Translations under genes and position numbers: made by a program
Shown here: positions 7,310 to 15,548 of the stretch, one piece after another
How positions within the stretch are numbered: position 1 is the first letter of the stretch
Layout: each line of letters begins with the position of its first letter
Assembly: GCF_051307035.1 (NCBI RefSeq)
Contig: NZ_CP195536.1
Coordinates: forward strand, 600,001 to 632,000
Direction of reading: 5' to 3'
DNA from: Psychrobacter sp. DM4
GTDB taxonomy: Bacteria > Pseudomonadota > Gammaproteobacteria > Pseudomonadales > Moraxellaceae
Length of the DNA stretch: 32,000 nt
Notes under the pieces: generated by a model
The model's database searches: none
Told to the model about the DNA's origin: nothing
What the model saw: the letters and a program-made list of their open reading frames with translations, nothing else

Positions 7310-8155
7310 TCATGCGACCCCTTGCAACTGTTTGACCTTGCGATATAGTCTAGCCGTCTTAATCGCATCACCTGCGGCCCTATGATTAGGCACATCACGG
7401 CAGTCAATACGCTGCTGTGTGCAAGCATTTGTGAGCGTAGTCCATCTATAGGAATGATGATAGTCAGACCATATGCGGCCATAATTACGCGCGTAGAATT
7501 GCATCAAACAAAAGGTTTTGTTATGTGGGAATAAATCGGTAAACTCTTTCGGGATAGGGGAGTCAAACGCACTTGCTACAGACTGTCGGATCATGCGCGT
7601 ATCAAAGTCAGCATTATAAAAAACAATAGTCTTTGTACCAATAAGGCTTGATAGCTTGGCCCATATTTCGGCAAAAGATGGGGCGTCTTTGACATCAGCG
7701 TTTGTTATGCCGTGAACGTCTGTAGCGGCCTTAGATATAGGCTTGGTAGGTTTTACAAGAGACTCAAAGAGGATATTTTCATTTTCATCAACAACGGCAA
7801 TCTCGACTATTTCAGCGTCACGATCTAAACCTGTCGTTTCTGTGTAAATAAAGATGCCCTGTCCCTTAGCTGCTGACTTGGCAGGAGCAGGGGCAGGGGC
7901 AGGGCAAGAGGTTTGCTTTTCATCGGCTACGATGTCAGCAATCTGGTTTGCCTTGGCAAATGCGACAAAAGCAGAATAAGATTTGATTTTTGCTACTTGG
8001 TTTTTTAGCTCAAGCGGCAATTTATAAAGGTTGAGCTTTTTACCAGTTTTGACACTATTAACACTTACTACCAACGTTTCGCCCTGTGAGCCTTTAAGAC
8101 CAATAACATGAGCATGTGCGGTGCGTGTCTTTGTGTAAAAAGATTTATGTTCCAT
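7310..8155 (-). CDS. Phage cargo protein: unknown N-terminal domain + PAPAPAPA linker + DEDDh (DnaQ/epsilon-like) 3'-5' exonuclease-like domain with an atypical Exo I motif
   Basis: Exo I region is IFIYTETTGLD (Y104-x-E106 where D-x-E is expected). Exo II is VFYNADFD (D185). Exo III is HRAAGD (H258, D263). Residues 1-84 match no family I recognise. It is the first gene of the leftward operon next to the operator cluster. Confidence 0.7.
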   Translation of the reverse strand: MEHKSFYTKTRTAHAHVIGLKGSQGETLVVSVNSVKTGKKLNLYKLPLELKNQVAKIKSYSAFVAFAKANQIADIVADEKQTSCPAPAPAPAKSAAKGQGIFIYTETTGLDRDAEIVEIAVVDENENILFESLVKPTKPISKAATDVHGITNADVKDAPSFAEIWAKLSSLIGTKTIVFYNADFDTRMIRQSVASAFDSPIPKEFTDLFPHNKTFCLMQFYARNYGRIWSDYHHSYRWTTLTNACTQQRIDCRDVPNHRAAGDAIKTARLYRKVKQLQGVA

Positions 8156-8190
8156 TGTTATTCACTCCTGCCTAGTGATAGAATTTAATT

Positions 8191-8278
8191 AAACCCTTTT
8201 GGGATTAATCCCTTTTGGGAATATAGCTAGATAAAAAAATATCTGTCTATAGCTGTCATTATAATCCCATTTGGGAAT
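8191..8278. promoter_or_regulatory. Three-operator switch with divergent promoters between the repressor and the leftward phage operon
   Basis: Sites are AAACCCTTTTGGGATT (8191-8206), AATCCCTTTTGGGAAT (8207-8222) and AATCCCATTTGGGAAT (8263-8278), each with a TCCC-N4-GGGA core. Candidate rightward -10 is TATAAT at 8260-8265, overlapping site 3. Candidate leftward promoter is -35 TAGACA (8249-8244), an 18-nt spacer, and -10 TATATT (8225-8220), overlapping site 2. Confidence 0.6.
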
Positions 8279-8298
8279 ACTAGCAAGGAGTATTTACA

Positions 8299-8604
8299 AT
8301 GATTACGCAATTATTTGATAAAGCAGCAAAAAAGATAGGGAGCCAAGAAGAACTAGGCAAAAGACTTGGTATCAATCAAGGCAGAGTATCAGCGTTTAAG
8401 AACTACAAAACTGGAGACAAGCGAAAGCCTAATGATGAGACCATACTTAAAATAGCCGACATACTAGGGCTAGACAAAGGAGAAACACTATATAAAGCTA
8501 AATTAGAACTAGAGCCAGAACAGGCCTATTTATGGGAATGGTGCGCTCGGCGCGATTCGAACGCGCGACCCTCGGCTTCGGAGGCCGATACTCTATCCAA
8601 CTGA
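8299..8604 (+). CDS. Cro/C1-type HTH transcriptional regulator (putative prophage repressor); 3' end reads through attR into the tRNA antisense
   Basis: HTH_3-like segment is GSQEELGKRLGINQGRVSAFKN...ETILKIADILGLD. It is preceded by AAGGAG and is divergent from the phage structural/replication operon. Residues 81-101 are encoded by DNA antisense to tRNA-Arg. Confidence 0.75.
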   Translation: MITQLFDKAAKKIGSQEELGKRLGINQGRVSAFKNYKTGDKRKPNDETILKIADILGLDKGETLYKAKLELEPEQAYLWEWCARRDSNARPSASEADTLSN

Positions 8605-8615
8605 GCTACGAGCGC
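8539..8615 (-). tRNA. tRNA-Arg (anticodon CCG), 77 nt with encoded CCA; carries attR in its 3' half
   Basis: Hand-folded cloverleaf: GCGCTCG TA GCTC AGTTGGATA GAGT A TCGGC CTCCGAA GCCGA GGGTC GCGCG TTCGAAT CGCGC CGAGCGC A CCA. Confidence 0.9.
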
Positions 8616-8952
8616 TTAACATTGATGCTGTCATATGTACTGGCTAGTATGGGTAGCATAGACCGCAAAAATTTAAGAGCGCTTAGTCTAGCAAATAACG
8701 CTACCAAAACCAATAAGTGATGACAGCTATCACGGCTATTTACGAAAAAACAGCCGAGTCAACAAACAGGCATGGCAATCTACTGCGCTTTTCCCTTATA
8801 ATGTTAACAATAACGAATTTGATCTATATTCACCGATTACACTTGCGCGAAAGAATGCAAAGACCGTCTATTGTTGATGTTTGTATTATTCATCGAATCA
8901 TAAAGTCTTTGTATGACTTGCCATTTGTGTATGTAATAAGAGAACGTGACGA

Positions 8953-9630
8953 ATGAGAAAAGTAGTGATGTTATCGGCAGCTGCCATTCTAGGAATTGCT
9001 AGTATCGCGGTGAGCCAAGCTGAAGAGGTTGTAGATACAACGACAGTCACTGAGGTAGCACAAGCAGAAGAAGTGGTCGAAAACGCACCAGAGGTACTTG
9101 GTGACGACGTACAAGCTGCTGCGGATACGACCGATGCCGCGCTTGTGGATGCAGAGGCAGCTGACGTTGCTGCTGGTACAGATGAGACCGCTGCTGTCGA
9201 CGAGAACCTCGAAGCGACTGCGGCGGCTGAAGAAGAGCCTATTCCAGAAGACACCCCACAAGTACAAAAACTGGTCGCGCTCTATCCCAATCTTGTCGCT
9301 CGTATCCAGCCAGTAGGCCGCGTTTGTTTTGAAGAAGGCGAGATTTGTGACGTAACCGTTAGAGCTGCAAGCGCGTCAGCTGACGGTGGTCCACGTGATG
9401 GCGCAGCCGTTTATAGCGCGGTTTGCCAGACGTGTCATGCATCAGGCTTGCTCGGCTCGCCTATGTTAGGTGATGCGGGTGCTTGGGGTCCACGTATCGC
9501 TAAAGGTGCTGATACACTATACACCCATGCGATTCAGGGTTTTAACGCGATGCCAGCTAAAGGCGGCGCTGATATCCCAGACGAAGAAGTACAGAACGCC
9601 GTTGATTATATGATCGCGCAGGCCAGCTAA
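8953..9630 (+). CDS. Cytochrome c5-family protein with signal peptide and long acidic low-complexity linker
   Basis: Haem motif CQTCH, then GLLGSPMLGD...NAMPAKGG typical of cytochrome c5. N-terminal signal MRKVVMLSAAAILGIASIAVSQA. About 90 aa of Ala/Glu/Asp/Val/Thr-rich linker. Confidence 0.85.
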   Translation: MRKVVMLSAAAILGIASIAVSQAEEVVDTTTVTEVAQAEEVVENAPEVLGDDVQAAADTTDAALVDAEAADVAAGTDETAAVDENLEATAAAEEEPIPEDTPQVQKLVALYPNLVARIQPVGRVCFEEGEICDVTVRAASASADGGPRDGAAVYSAVCQTCHASGLLGSPMLGDAGAWGPRIAKGADTLYTHAIQGFNAMPAKGGADIPDEEVQNAVDYMIAQAS

Positions 9631-9688
9631 ATACTACTCTAGCCTTGAGCTGATTTGCAAAAGTAGCACTAGACCCAAAGTCATAAAA

Positions 9689-9724
9689 AAGCGTCTATTT
9701 CCATAAAGAGATAGGCGCTTTTTT
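9689..9724 (+). terminator. Rho-independent terminator after the cytochrome c5 gene
   Basis: AAGCGTCTAT (9689-9698) pairs with ATAGGCGCTT (9711-9720) with one G-T pair, followed by a T-run to 9724. Confidence 0.7.
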
Positions 9725-9864
9725 GTGGTCTATCGCTATCAATTGATATTACTAATACCGTCCTTACTACGATGTACGCTTGAAATACACCATAGGTAGC
9801 CTCACTTTAAGGGCTACACTATTTGTTATAAAAATAAATACTATTACTTAATAAAGAGGTTTGC

Positions 9865-10827
9865 ATGTCTGAGGTACCAGCACTCGAAATTAAAAACTTA
9901 TCAAAAACCTATGATAATGGGTTTTCAGCGCTAAAAGGCGTTGATCTGACAGTACCGCAAGGTGGGTTCTTTGCGTTGCTTGGGCCCAATGGCGCAGGCA
10001 AATCGACGATGATTGGTATCATAAGCTCTTTGTTTAAACCTACTACGGGTAGCGTAGAGATTTTTGGTACGGATCTATTGGCTAACCCTTCTGTTGCCAA
10101 GCAGTACCTTGGTGTAGTACCGCAAGAATTTAACTTTAATATGTTCGAAAAAGTCGAAGACATCCTAATTACTCAAGCAGGATACTTTGGTATTTCTGCT
10201 AAAGATGCTAAGCCACGTGCTGAGCGTTTGCTTAAAGCATTAGGGCTGTGGGATAAACGTGATAGCAAATCGCGCGAACTCTCCGGCGGTATGAAAAGAC
10301 GTCTGATGATTGCACGTGCGCTCATTCATAAGCCTAAGCTATTGATACTTGATGAGCCAACAGCAGGCGTCGATATCGAGCTGCGCCGTTCTATGTGGGA
10401 GTTTATGCAACAGATCAACATCGAAGAAAATACGACTATTATTCTGACGACTCACTATTTAGAAGAAGCCGAGCAGCTATGTAAGCGCATCGCTATACTA
10501 GATCATGGTGAGATTCGTATTAACACGGAAATGAAAGATTTGCTAGCACAGCTATCGGTAGAAACCTTCGTTTTAGATTTGACCAAACCGCTTACCCAGC
10601 CTTTGGTTATTGAGCAGGTTACAGAGATCGCGCAGCCAGATGAGATGACTGTTGAAGTTACTTTGACGCAAGGCGAGACACTAAACTGTGTGTTTGAGCA
10701 GTTGACGGATCTTGATATTGAAGTCGCGAGTATGCGTAACAAGTCTAATCGATTAGAAGAGTTATTCATGCGTTTGGTTGAAAAAAATATTCAAAGTGCT
10801 GATAGCATGAAGGAGGCAGGATTATGA
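9865..10827 (+). CDS. ABC transporter ATP-binding protein (ABC-2 exporter type)
   Basis: Walker A GPNGAGKST, signature LSGGMKRR, Walker B LLILDEP. The stop overlaps the next start (ATGA at 10824-10827). Confidence 0.9.
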   Translation: MSEVPALEIKNLSKTYDNGFSALKGVDLTVPQGGFFALLGPNGAGKSTMIGIISSLFKPTTGSVEIFGTDLLANPSVAKQYLGVVPQEFNFNMFEKVEDILITQAGYFGISAKDAKPRAERLLKALGLWDKRDSKSRELSGGMKRRLMIARALIHKPKLLILDEPTAGVDIELRRSMWEFMQQINIEENTTIILTTHYLEEAEQLCKRIAILDHGEIRINTEMKDLLAQLSVETFVLDLTKPLTQPLVIEQVTEIAQPDEMTVEVTLTQGETLNCVFEQLTDLDIEVASMRNKSNRLEELFMRLVEKNIQSADSMKEAGL

Positions 10828-11633
10828 GAGAGCCCGTCGTTGTAGACCCGAATGAGACCATGTCTTGGAGCAAAAAAGGGATCGCTTTTCGCACGATACT
10901 GCTAAAAGAGATTCGTAGAATTCTACGTATTTGGCCACAGACGCTTTTGCCTCCTGTAATTACGATGACGCTGTATTTTATTATCTTTGGTCGGATGATT
11001 GGGGATAGAGTCGGCGAGATGGGCGGCGTACCTTACATGCAGTTTATCGTGCCTGGTCTTATCATGATGGCGATCATCACTAATAGTTATTCCAATGTGG
11101 TTTCGAGTTTTTTTAGTGCCAAATTTACGGCAAGTATTGAGGAGCTTTTGGTTTCACCTGTCTCTAAACATGCTATTTTGACCGGTTACGTTAGTGGTGG
11201 GATTTTTCGCGGTTTGGTGATTGCAATCATTGTCTCTATCGTCGCCCTGTTCTTTACAGAGCTTGGTATTGAGCATTTATTTGTCACTGTATTTACCGTT
11301 TTGGGAACCTCTATCTTGTTCTCACTAGGCGGCTTTATTAACGCCGTATACGCACGCTCATTCGATGATATCTCTATTATTCCAAGCTTTGTATTGACGC
11401 CACTGACTTTTTTGGGTGGGGTGTTTTATTCAATGGAAGACTTATCGAGCTTTTGGCAAAATGTCTCACTATTGAATCCTATTGTCTATATGGTCAATGC
11501 CTTTCGTTATGGTATTTTGGGCTACTCAGACGTCAATGTCTGGTACTCAATGATAGCGATCTTTGTATTTTGCGTCATCTTTTATGTCATTTGTTATCGC
11601 TTACTGAGTGATGGCTCACGTATTCGCTTGTAG
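10824..11633 (+). CDS. ABC-2 type transporter permease
   Basis: About six hydrophobic segments. Translationally coupled to the upstream ATPase. Confidence 0.85.
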   Translation: MREPVVVDPNETMSWSKKGIAFRTILLKEIRRILRIWPQTLLPPVITMTLYFIIFGRMIGDRVGEMGGVPYMQFIVPGLIMMAIITNSYSNVVSSFFSAKFTASIEELLVSPVSKHAILTGYVSGGIFRGLVIAIIVSIVALFFTELGIEHLFVTVFTVLGTSILFSLGGFINAVYARSFDDISIIPSFVLTPLTFLGGVFYSMEDLSSFWQNVSLLNPIVYMVNAFRYGILGYSDVNVWYSMIAIFVFCVIFYVICYRLLSDGSRIRL

Positions 11634-11658
11634 ATCATTTTAGAATTAGGGTATTGAG

Positions 11659-12522
11659 ATGAGTATTCACGGTATCTTGGGTGAGCAAACTACAGACTAT
11701 CCTACTGAGTATAGTCCAGAGACGCTATATCCGATTGCCCGTAGCATGGGGCGTAATGTGATCGGCTGGCAAGACGACAAACTAGCTATGGGTGTTGATT
11801 GGTGGCAGGCATTTGAGATGTCATGGCTTAATCTACAAGGTATCTCGCAAGTAGCGATGGCCCGTTTTAGCGTGCCTGCAAGCTCGCCTTATATTATCGA
11901 GTCCAAGTCCCTCAAGTTATATCTCAATAGTATCAATTTTACTGAGTTTGCTAGCTGGCAAGACGTACGAATTTTGATCGCAAAAGACTTATCAGCCTTT
12001 GCACAAGCAGAGGTACAGGTTGAGCTGTTTGCATTAGACGATGAGCAGTCGCGGTTGATGATTGGCCAACCTAAAGGCATCTGTATCGATGAGGCTTTGG
12101 CGAATACGACGGATAAAGTCAAACTTACAACCCACCCAGACGCCTCACTTTTAACGAGTAGTCAATCGAGCTCAAGTTCTGCTAAGAGCGATCATCATGC
12201 GTATCATTTTTACTCTAATCTGCTGCGTAGTAATTGCCCCGTGACCAATCAACCTGACTGGGGGACATTGGCGGTTGAAATAAGCAGTGACATAGAGGTA
12301 GACGATGCGGCTATGCTGCGTTATATTCTAAGCTTCCGTCAGCACAACGGCTTTCATGAGCAATGCGTGGAGCAGATATTTGCGGACTTGAGTCAGCACT
12401 ATCAGCCAAGTCAATTAATGGTTCGAGCGTGGTACACGCGTCGCGGCGGTATCGATATCAATCCTTGCCGCGTTAGTGATTTGAGCTTACTGCCTAAACC
12501 GAGTCGATTAATTCGTCAGTAG
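11659..12522 (+). CDS. queF: NADPH-dependent 7-cyano-7-deazaguanine (preQ0) reductase, bimodular type
   Basis: QueF motif IESKSLKLYLNS, SNCPVTNQPDWG (catalytic Cys region) and FHEQCVE. The 287-aa length fits the type II enzyme. Confidence 0.85.
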   Translation: MSIHGILGEQTTDYPTEYSPETLYPIARSMGRNVIGWQDDKLAMGVDWWQAFEMSWLNLQGISQVAMARFSVPASSPYIIESKSLKLYLNSINFTEFASWQDVRILIAKDLSAFAQAEVQVELFALDDEQSRLMIGQPKGICIDEALANTTDKVKLTTHPDASLLTSSQSSSSSAKSDHHAYHFYSNLLRSNCPVTNQPDWGTLAVEISSDIEVDDAAMLRYILSFRQHNGFHEQCVEQIFADLSQHYQPSQLMVRAWYTRRGGIDINPCRVSDLSLLPKPSRLIRQ

Positions 12523-12560
12523 TTGAAGAAGCCAGTTTTTAGTATTTAGCTTACAAAAAA

Positions 12561-12591
12561 AGCGCTTATCTTATGGAGTAAGATAAGCGCT
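12561..12591. terminator. Bidirectional rho-independent terminator between convergent queF and proS
   Basis: A 13-bp perfect stem AGCGCTTATCTTA/TAAGATAAGCGCT with loop TGGAG, flanked by A6 upstream and T5 downstream. Confidence 0.8.
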
Positions 12592-12619
12592 TTTTTATGT
12601 TTAAACTTTATAGCTTGAA

Positions 12620-14338
12620 TTATTTGCTAATCACTTTAGCCAATACTTCGTCACGGCTTAGCATCTGCTTTTCGCTATCGCGGCGATTGACGTACTCGTA
12701 CTTATCCTCTGCCAAGTTGCGATCGGAGACGACGATACGATGCGGAATACCAATGAGTTCTAAATCAGCAAATTTGACCCCTGGGCGCTCGTTGCGATCA
12801 TCGAGTAGCACATTGACGCCTTGCGCTTTTAGTTCTTCATATAGCGCCGTCGCCGTTTGCATGACGGTATCTTCTTTGGATTTCATCGGTACGATAACGA
12901 CCTCAAAAGGTGCGATCGAATCAGTCACGCTTGGCGTTTGCGGCCACATGATGCCGTTTTCATCATTGTTTTGCTCGATAGCAGCGGCAATAATGCGGCT
13001 AACACCAATACCATAGCAGCCCATCATAAGCGTGACAGGTTTGCCGTCTTCGCCGGAGACCGTACAGCCCATTGCCTGCGAGTATTTATCACCCAATTGA
13101 AAGATATGGCCGACTTCGATACCGCGTTTGATTCTGAGTGAGCCTTTGCCATCTGGCGAAGGGTCGCCTTCCTTGACATTACGTACATCGACGATACGTG
13201 TGATGCTAGTATCGCGCGCCCAGTTCATACCGATAGTATGCTTGTTGATCTCGTTAGCCCCAGAGACAAAATCTGATAGGGTAGCCGCCGCGCGATCAAC
13301 GAACACTAGCATGTCTAAATCAACACCGATGTAGCCTTTGTGCAGGCCTGCCGCTTTTAGCTCTTCATCTGAGGCCAAAGTTAGCGGCACGTTTGCCTCT
13401 TCTATCTTTTCAGCTTTTACGGTGTTCAATTGATGATCACCGCGCAAGACAATGGCGATAAGCTGCGGCGTATCGTCTTCTTTATGACCATGAACGATCA
13501 AGGTCTTAACCGTAGTCGCTAGCGGAATGTCTAAATGCTCTGCGACCATTTTACAAGTGGTCATGTCTTCTGTTAAGACGTCCTCACGCGCCTGCGTTGG
13601 CGGCTGGCGCTCAGCTGTACTTACCGATTCGGCAAGCTCTACATTAGCGGCATAATCAGAGGAGTCAGAGAAAGCAATATCATCTTCGCCACTATCAGCA
13701 AGTACATGAAATTCATGCGAGGCAAACCCGCCTATAGAGCCTGTATCCGCTTGCACCGCCCGAAAGTCTAAGCCCAGACGAGTAAAGATACGAGTATAAG
13801 CGTCGTACATATCGTGATAAGTCTTTGCCAGTGAGGCCTGATCGATATGAAAGGAGTAAGCGTCTTTCATAGTGAATTCGCGCGCACGCATCACGCCAAA
13901 GCGGGGACGTATCTCGTCACGAAATTTGTTTTGAATCTGAAAAAAGCTAATAGGCAGCTGCTTATAACTACGCAGTTCGCCTTGAGCGAGGTTAGTGATG
14001 ACCTCTTCGTGCGTGGGCCCTAACACAAAATCGCGATCATGGCGATCTTTGAACCGTAGTAGCTCAGGGCCATAATCATCAAAACGTCCAGTCGTCTGCC
14101 ACAGCTCAGCCGGCTGAGTCATCGGCATGAGCACTTCTTGTGCGCCGATACTTTGCATCTCCTCGCGCACGATCTGCTCGACCTTTTGCAAGATACGTAA
14201 ACCCATAGGCAACCAGATATAGAGTCCAGAGGCGATCTTGCGAATAAGACCGGCTCTGACCATCAATTGACTTGAGGCGATATCAGCATCGCTTGGCGTT
14301 TCTTTTAGCGTGGCAAATAAAAACTGACTGGCTTTCAT
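12620..14338 (-). CDS. proS: Proline--tRNA ligase (bacterial type with editing insertion)
   Basis: 572 aa. Class II motifs seen are [17 protein letters not shown] and [10 protein letters not shown]. The N-terminus [18 protein letters not shown] is typical of ProRS. Confidence 0.95.
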   Translation of the reverse strand: MKASQFLFATLKETPSDADIASSQLMVRAGLIRKIASGLYIWLPMGLRILQKVEQIVREEMQSIGAQEVLMPMTQPAELWQTTGRFDDYGPELLRFKDRHDRDFVLGPTHEEVITNLAQGELRSYKQLPISFFQIQNKFRDEIRPRFGVMRAREFTMKDAYSFHIDQASLAKTYHDMYDAYTRIFTRLGLDFRAVQADTGSIGGFASHEFHVLADSGEDDIAFSDSSDYAANVELAESVSTAERQPPTQAREDVLTEDMTTCKMVAEHLDIPLATTVKTLIVHGHKEDDTPQLIAIVLRGDHQLNTVKAEKIEEANVPLTLASDEELKAAGLHKGYIGVDLDMLVFVDRAAATLSDFVSGANEINKHTIGMNWARDTSITRIVDVRNVKEGDPSPDGKGSLRIKRGIEVGHIFQLGDKYSQAMGCTVSGEDGKPVTLMMGCYGIGVSRIIAAAIEQNNDENGIMWPQTPSVTDSIAPFEVVIVPMKSKEDTVMQTATALYEELKAQGVNVLLDDRNERPGVKFADLELIGIPHRIVVSDRNLAEDKYEYVNRRDSEKQMLSRDEVLAKVISK

Positions 14339-14725
14339 AAATAAAGCAAAACCTTATCTTTTATAAAGAATAAATAAGTCGCGCAAGACGAAAAACCGCA
14401 AGCGCAAAATAGGAGGAGAGGCCAGCTCAGTATTCACCAGCACAATCAGACTATGGTAGGTAAACTTTGGGCTAGACGCAATGACTTTTTAGCTTTTGCT
14501 TGAGAATGAGGGTAAAAGGCTACAATGACATTGAAAATAATAGTTAAATCGTCACAATAAAGGACGTTCTACAGAGGGCTAATGTGTAGCAATTGGTAGC
14601 CGTAACTTGAAGTGTTGCGTAGGCGGTAGCATTTATATCAAATCTTGTATTGTTTATACACGCAGTCTTGTTTTGTGCGCTGCGCTAATTATCTCTAAGC
14701 GAATGACTCTCAAAAGGATATTGCC

Positions 14726-15478
14726 ATGACAGCGTCTGATAATCGACTCTCTACTAAACCTAAGACGAAAGTAGCCAAAACGTCTTGGCTGTTTTTGATC
14801 ATAGGTCTGCTTGCTTTGGTAGCGGCCTTTTATATTATTCAAAATCAAGCGGAAGAAGAGCCTGTTGAGACGATCACTCGCGCAGGGGTAGTGACGCAAA
14901 TTCAGAAGCTTAATCGCTTGCAAACCGTTGGATTTAGCGTAGATACGGTGATTACCAGCCAGCGCGAGGGCAGCTGGCAGAAGCTGTGGACTGATGAGCA
15001 AAAGGGGTTGTTTATCGTTAGTGGTCGCGTAGAGGCGGGCGTTGATTTGAGTGCTCTGACGCCTGACATGGTAAAAGTTACGCAGCCTAGCGCAGAGGAC
15101 AGTGAAGCGTTTGAAAACGCTAAGAGCACTGCTGAAAATGACGGGAACTTAGATAGTAACCCTATCGTACTAATGCCAAAGATCGATATCACTTTGCCGC
15201 AATCGGAGATATTCTCAGTCTATTTAGACGACATTGAGATCTACGATTGGCAGTCGGGAGTCTTTGGTATGACGCAAGTTGATCCCAAGATCTTTGAGCA
15301 AGCGCAAAGCATGGCAAAAAAAGAGGTGCTAGAGAAAGCTTGCCGCGGTGATGTGATGACCCTTGCCCTTAATAATGCCCAATCACAGTTGCAGCAACTA
15401 TTTGCCTTAACGGGTGCTACTGTGACCGTCACTACTCAAGGCGCGGGCCCATGTCGTTTGCCAGCGGCTGCTTCATAA
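14726..15478 (+). CDS. DUF4230-like membrane-anchored protein
   Basis: N-terminal TM (WLFLIIGLLALVAAFYII) and the pattern ...VSGRVEAGVDLS...ITLP... recalled from DUF4230 family members. Not verified by search. Confidence 0.55.
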   Translation: MTASDNRLSTKPKTKVAKTSWLFLIIGLLALVAAFYIIQNQAEEEPVETITRAGVVTQIQKLNRLQTVGFSVDTVITSQREGSWQKLWTDEQKGLFIVSGRVEAGVDLSALTPDMVKVTQPSAEDSEAFENAKSTAENDGNLDSNPIVLMPKIDITLPQSEIFSVYLDDIEIYDWQSGVFGMTQVDPKIFEQAQSMAKKEVLEKACRGDVMTLALNNAQSQLQQLFALTGATVTVTTQGAGPCRLPAAAS

Positions 15479-15548
15479 GACTTGACAATAAGACAAACGA
15501 AAACGCTCGCTACTGGGTTTCTAGTGAGCAGTCTTTTTTAAAAGGTTT

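Larger units (their letters stand above)
474..8583. mobile_element. Integrated filamentous (Inoviridae-like) prophage, ~8.1 kb, inserted in tRNA-Arg(CCG)
   Basis: It has a complete inovirus module set: Rep_trans-type initiator, putative ssDNA-binding protein, 81-aa major coat precursor, pIII-like protein, pVI-like protein and Zot/pI ATPase. It also carries a tyrosine integrase and a Cro/C1-type repressor. It is bounded by a 45-nt duplicated tRNA 3' segment (474-518 vs 8539-8583). Genes are tightly packed on one strand. Confidence 0.9.

Noticed and set aside
7267-7482. 71-aa minus-strand ORF overlapping the 3' end of the exonuclease-like gene
   Set aside because: It is an out-of-frame overlap with a well-supported motif-bearing CDS, and it has no independent signals.
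8532-8720. 62-aa ORF overlapping tRNA-Arg, and similar ORFs at 29866-30078 and 29900-30121 overlapping tRNA-Pro
   Set aside because: They are read through structured tRNA genes and the adjacent spacer, so they are spurious.
8717-8956. 79-aa ORF between tRNA-Arg and cytochrome c5
   Set aside because: It has no SD and an unconvincing sequence. It overlaps the likely cytochrome c5 promoter region (TATAAT near 8797-8802).
8898-9267. Ser/Ala/Thr-rich 118-aa ORF and a 92-aa ORF antisense to the cytochrome c5 gene
   Set aside because: These are mirror-image artefacts of the low-complexity acidic Ala/Glu/Val linker on the plus strand. The plus-strand gene has a signal peptide and a haem motif.
11634-11658. 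Possible preQ1 riboswitch upstream of queF
   Set aside because: Only 25 nt separate the permease stop and the queF start, which leaves no room for an aptamer.
12597-13334. Plus-strand ORFs (139, 94 and 68 aa) within proS
   Set aside because: They are antisense to a full-length ProRS gene with class II motifs. The sequences are Ser/Leu/Arg-rich and artefact-like.
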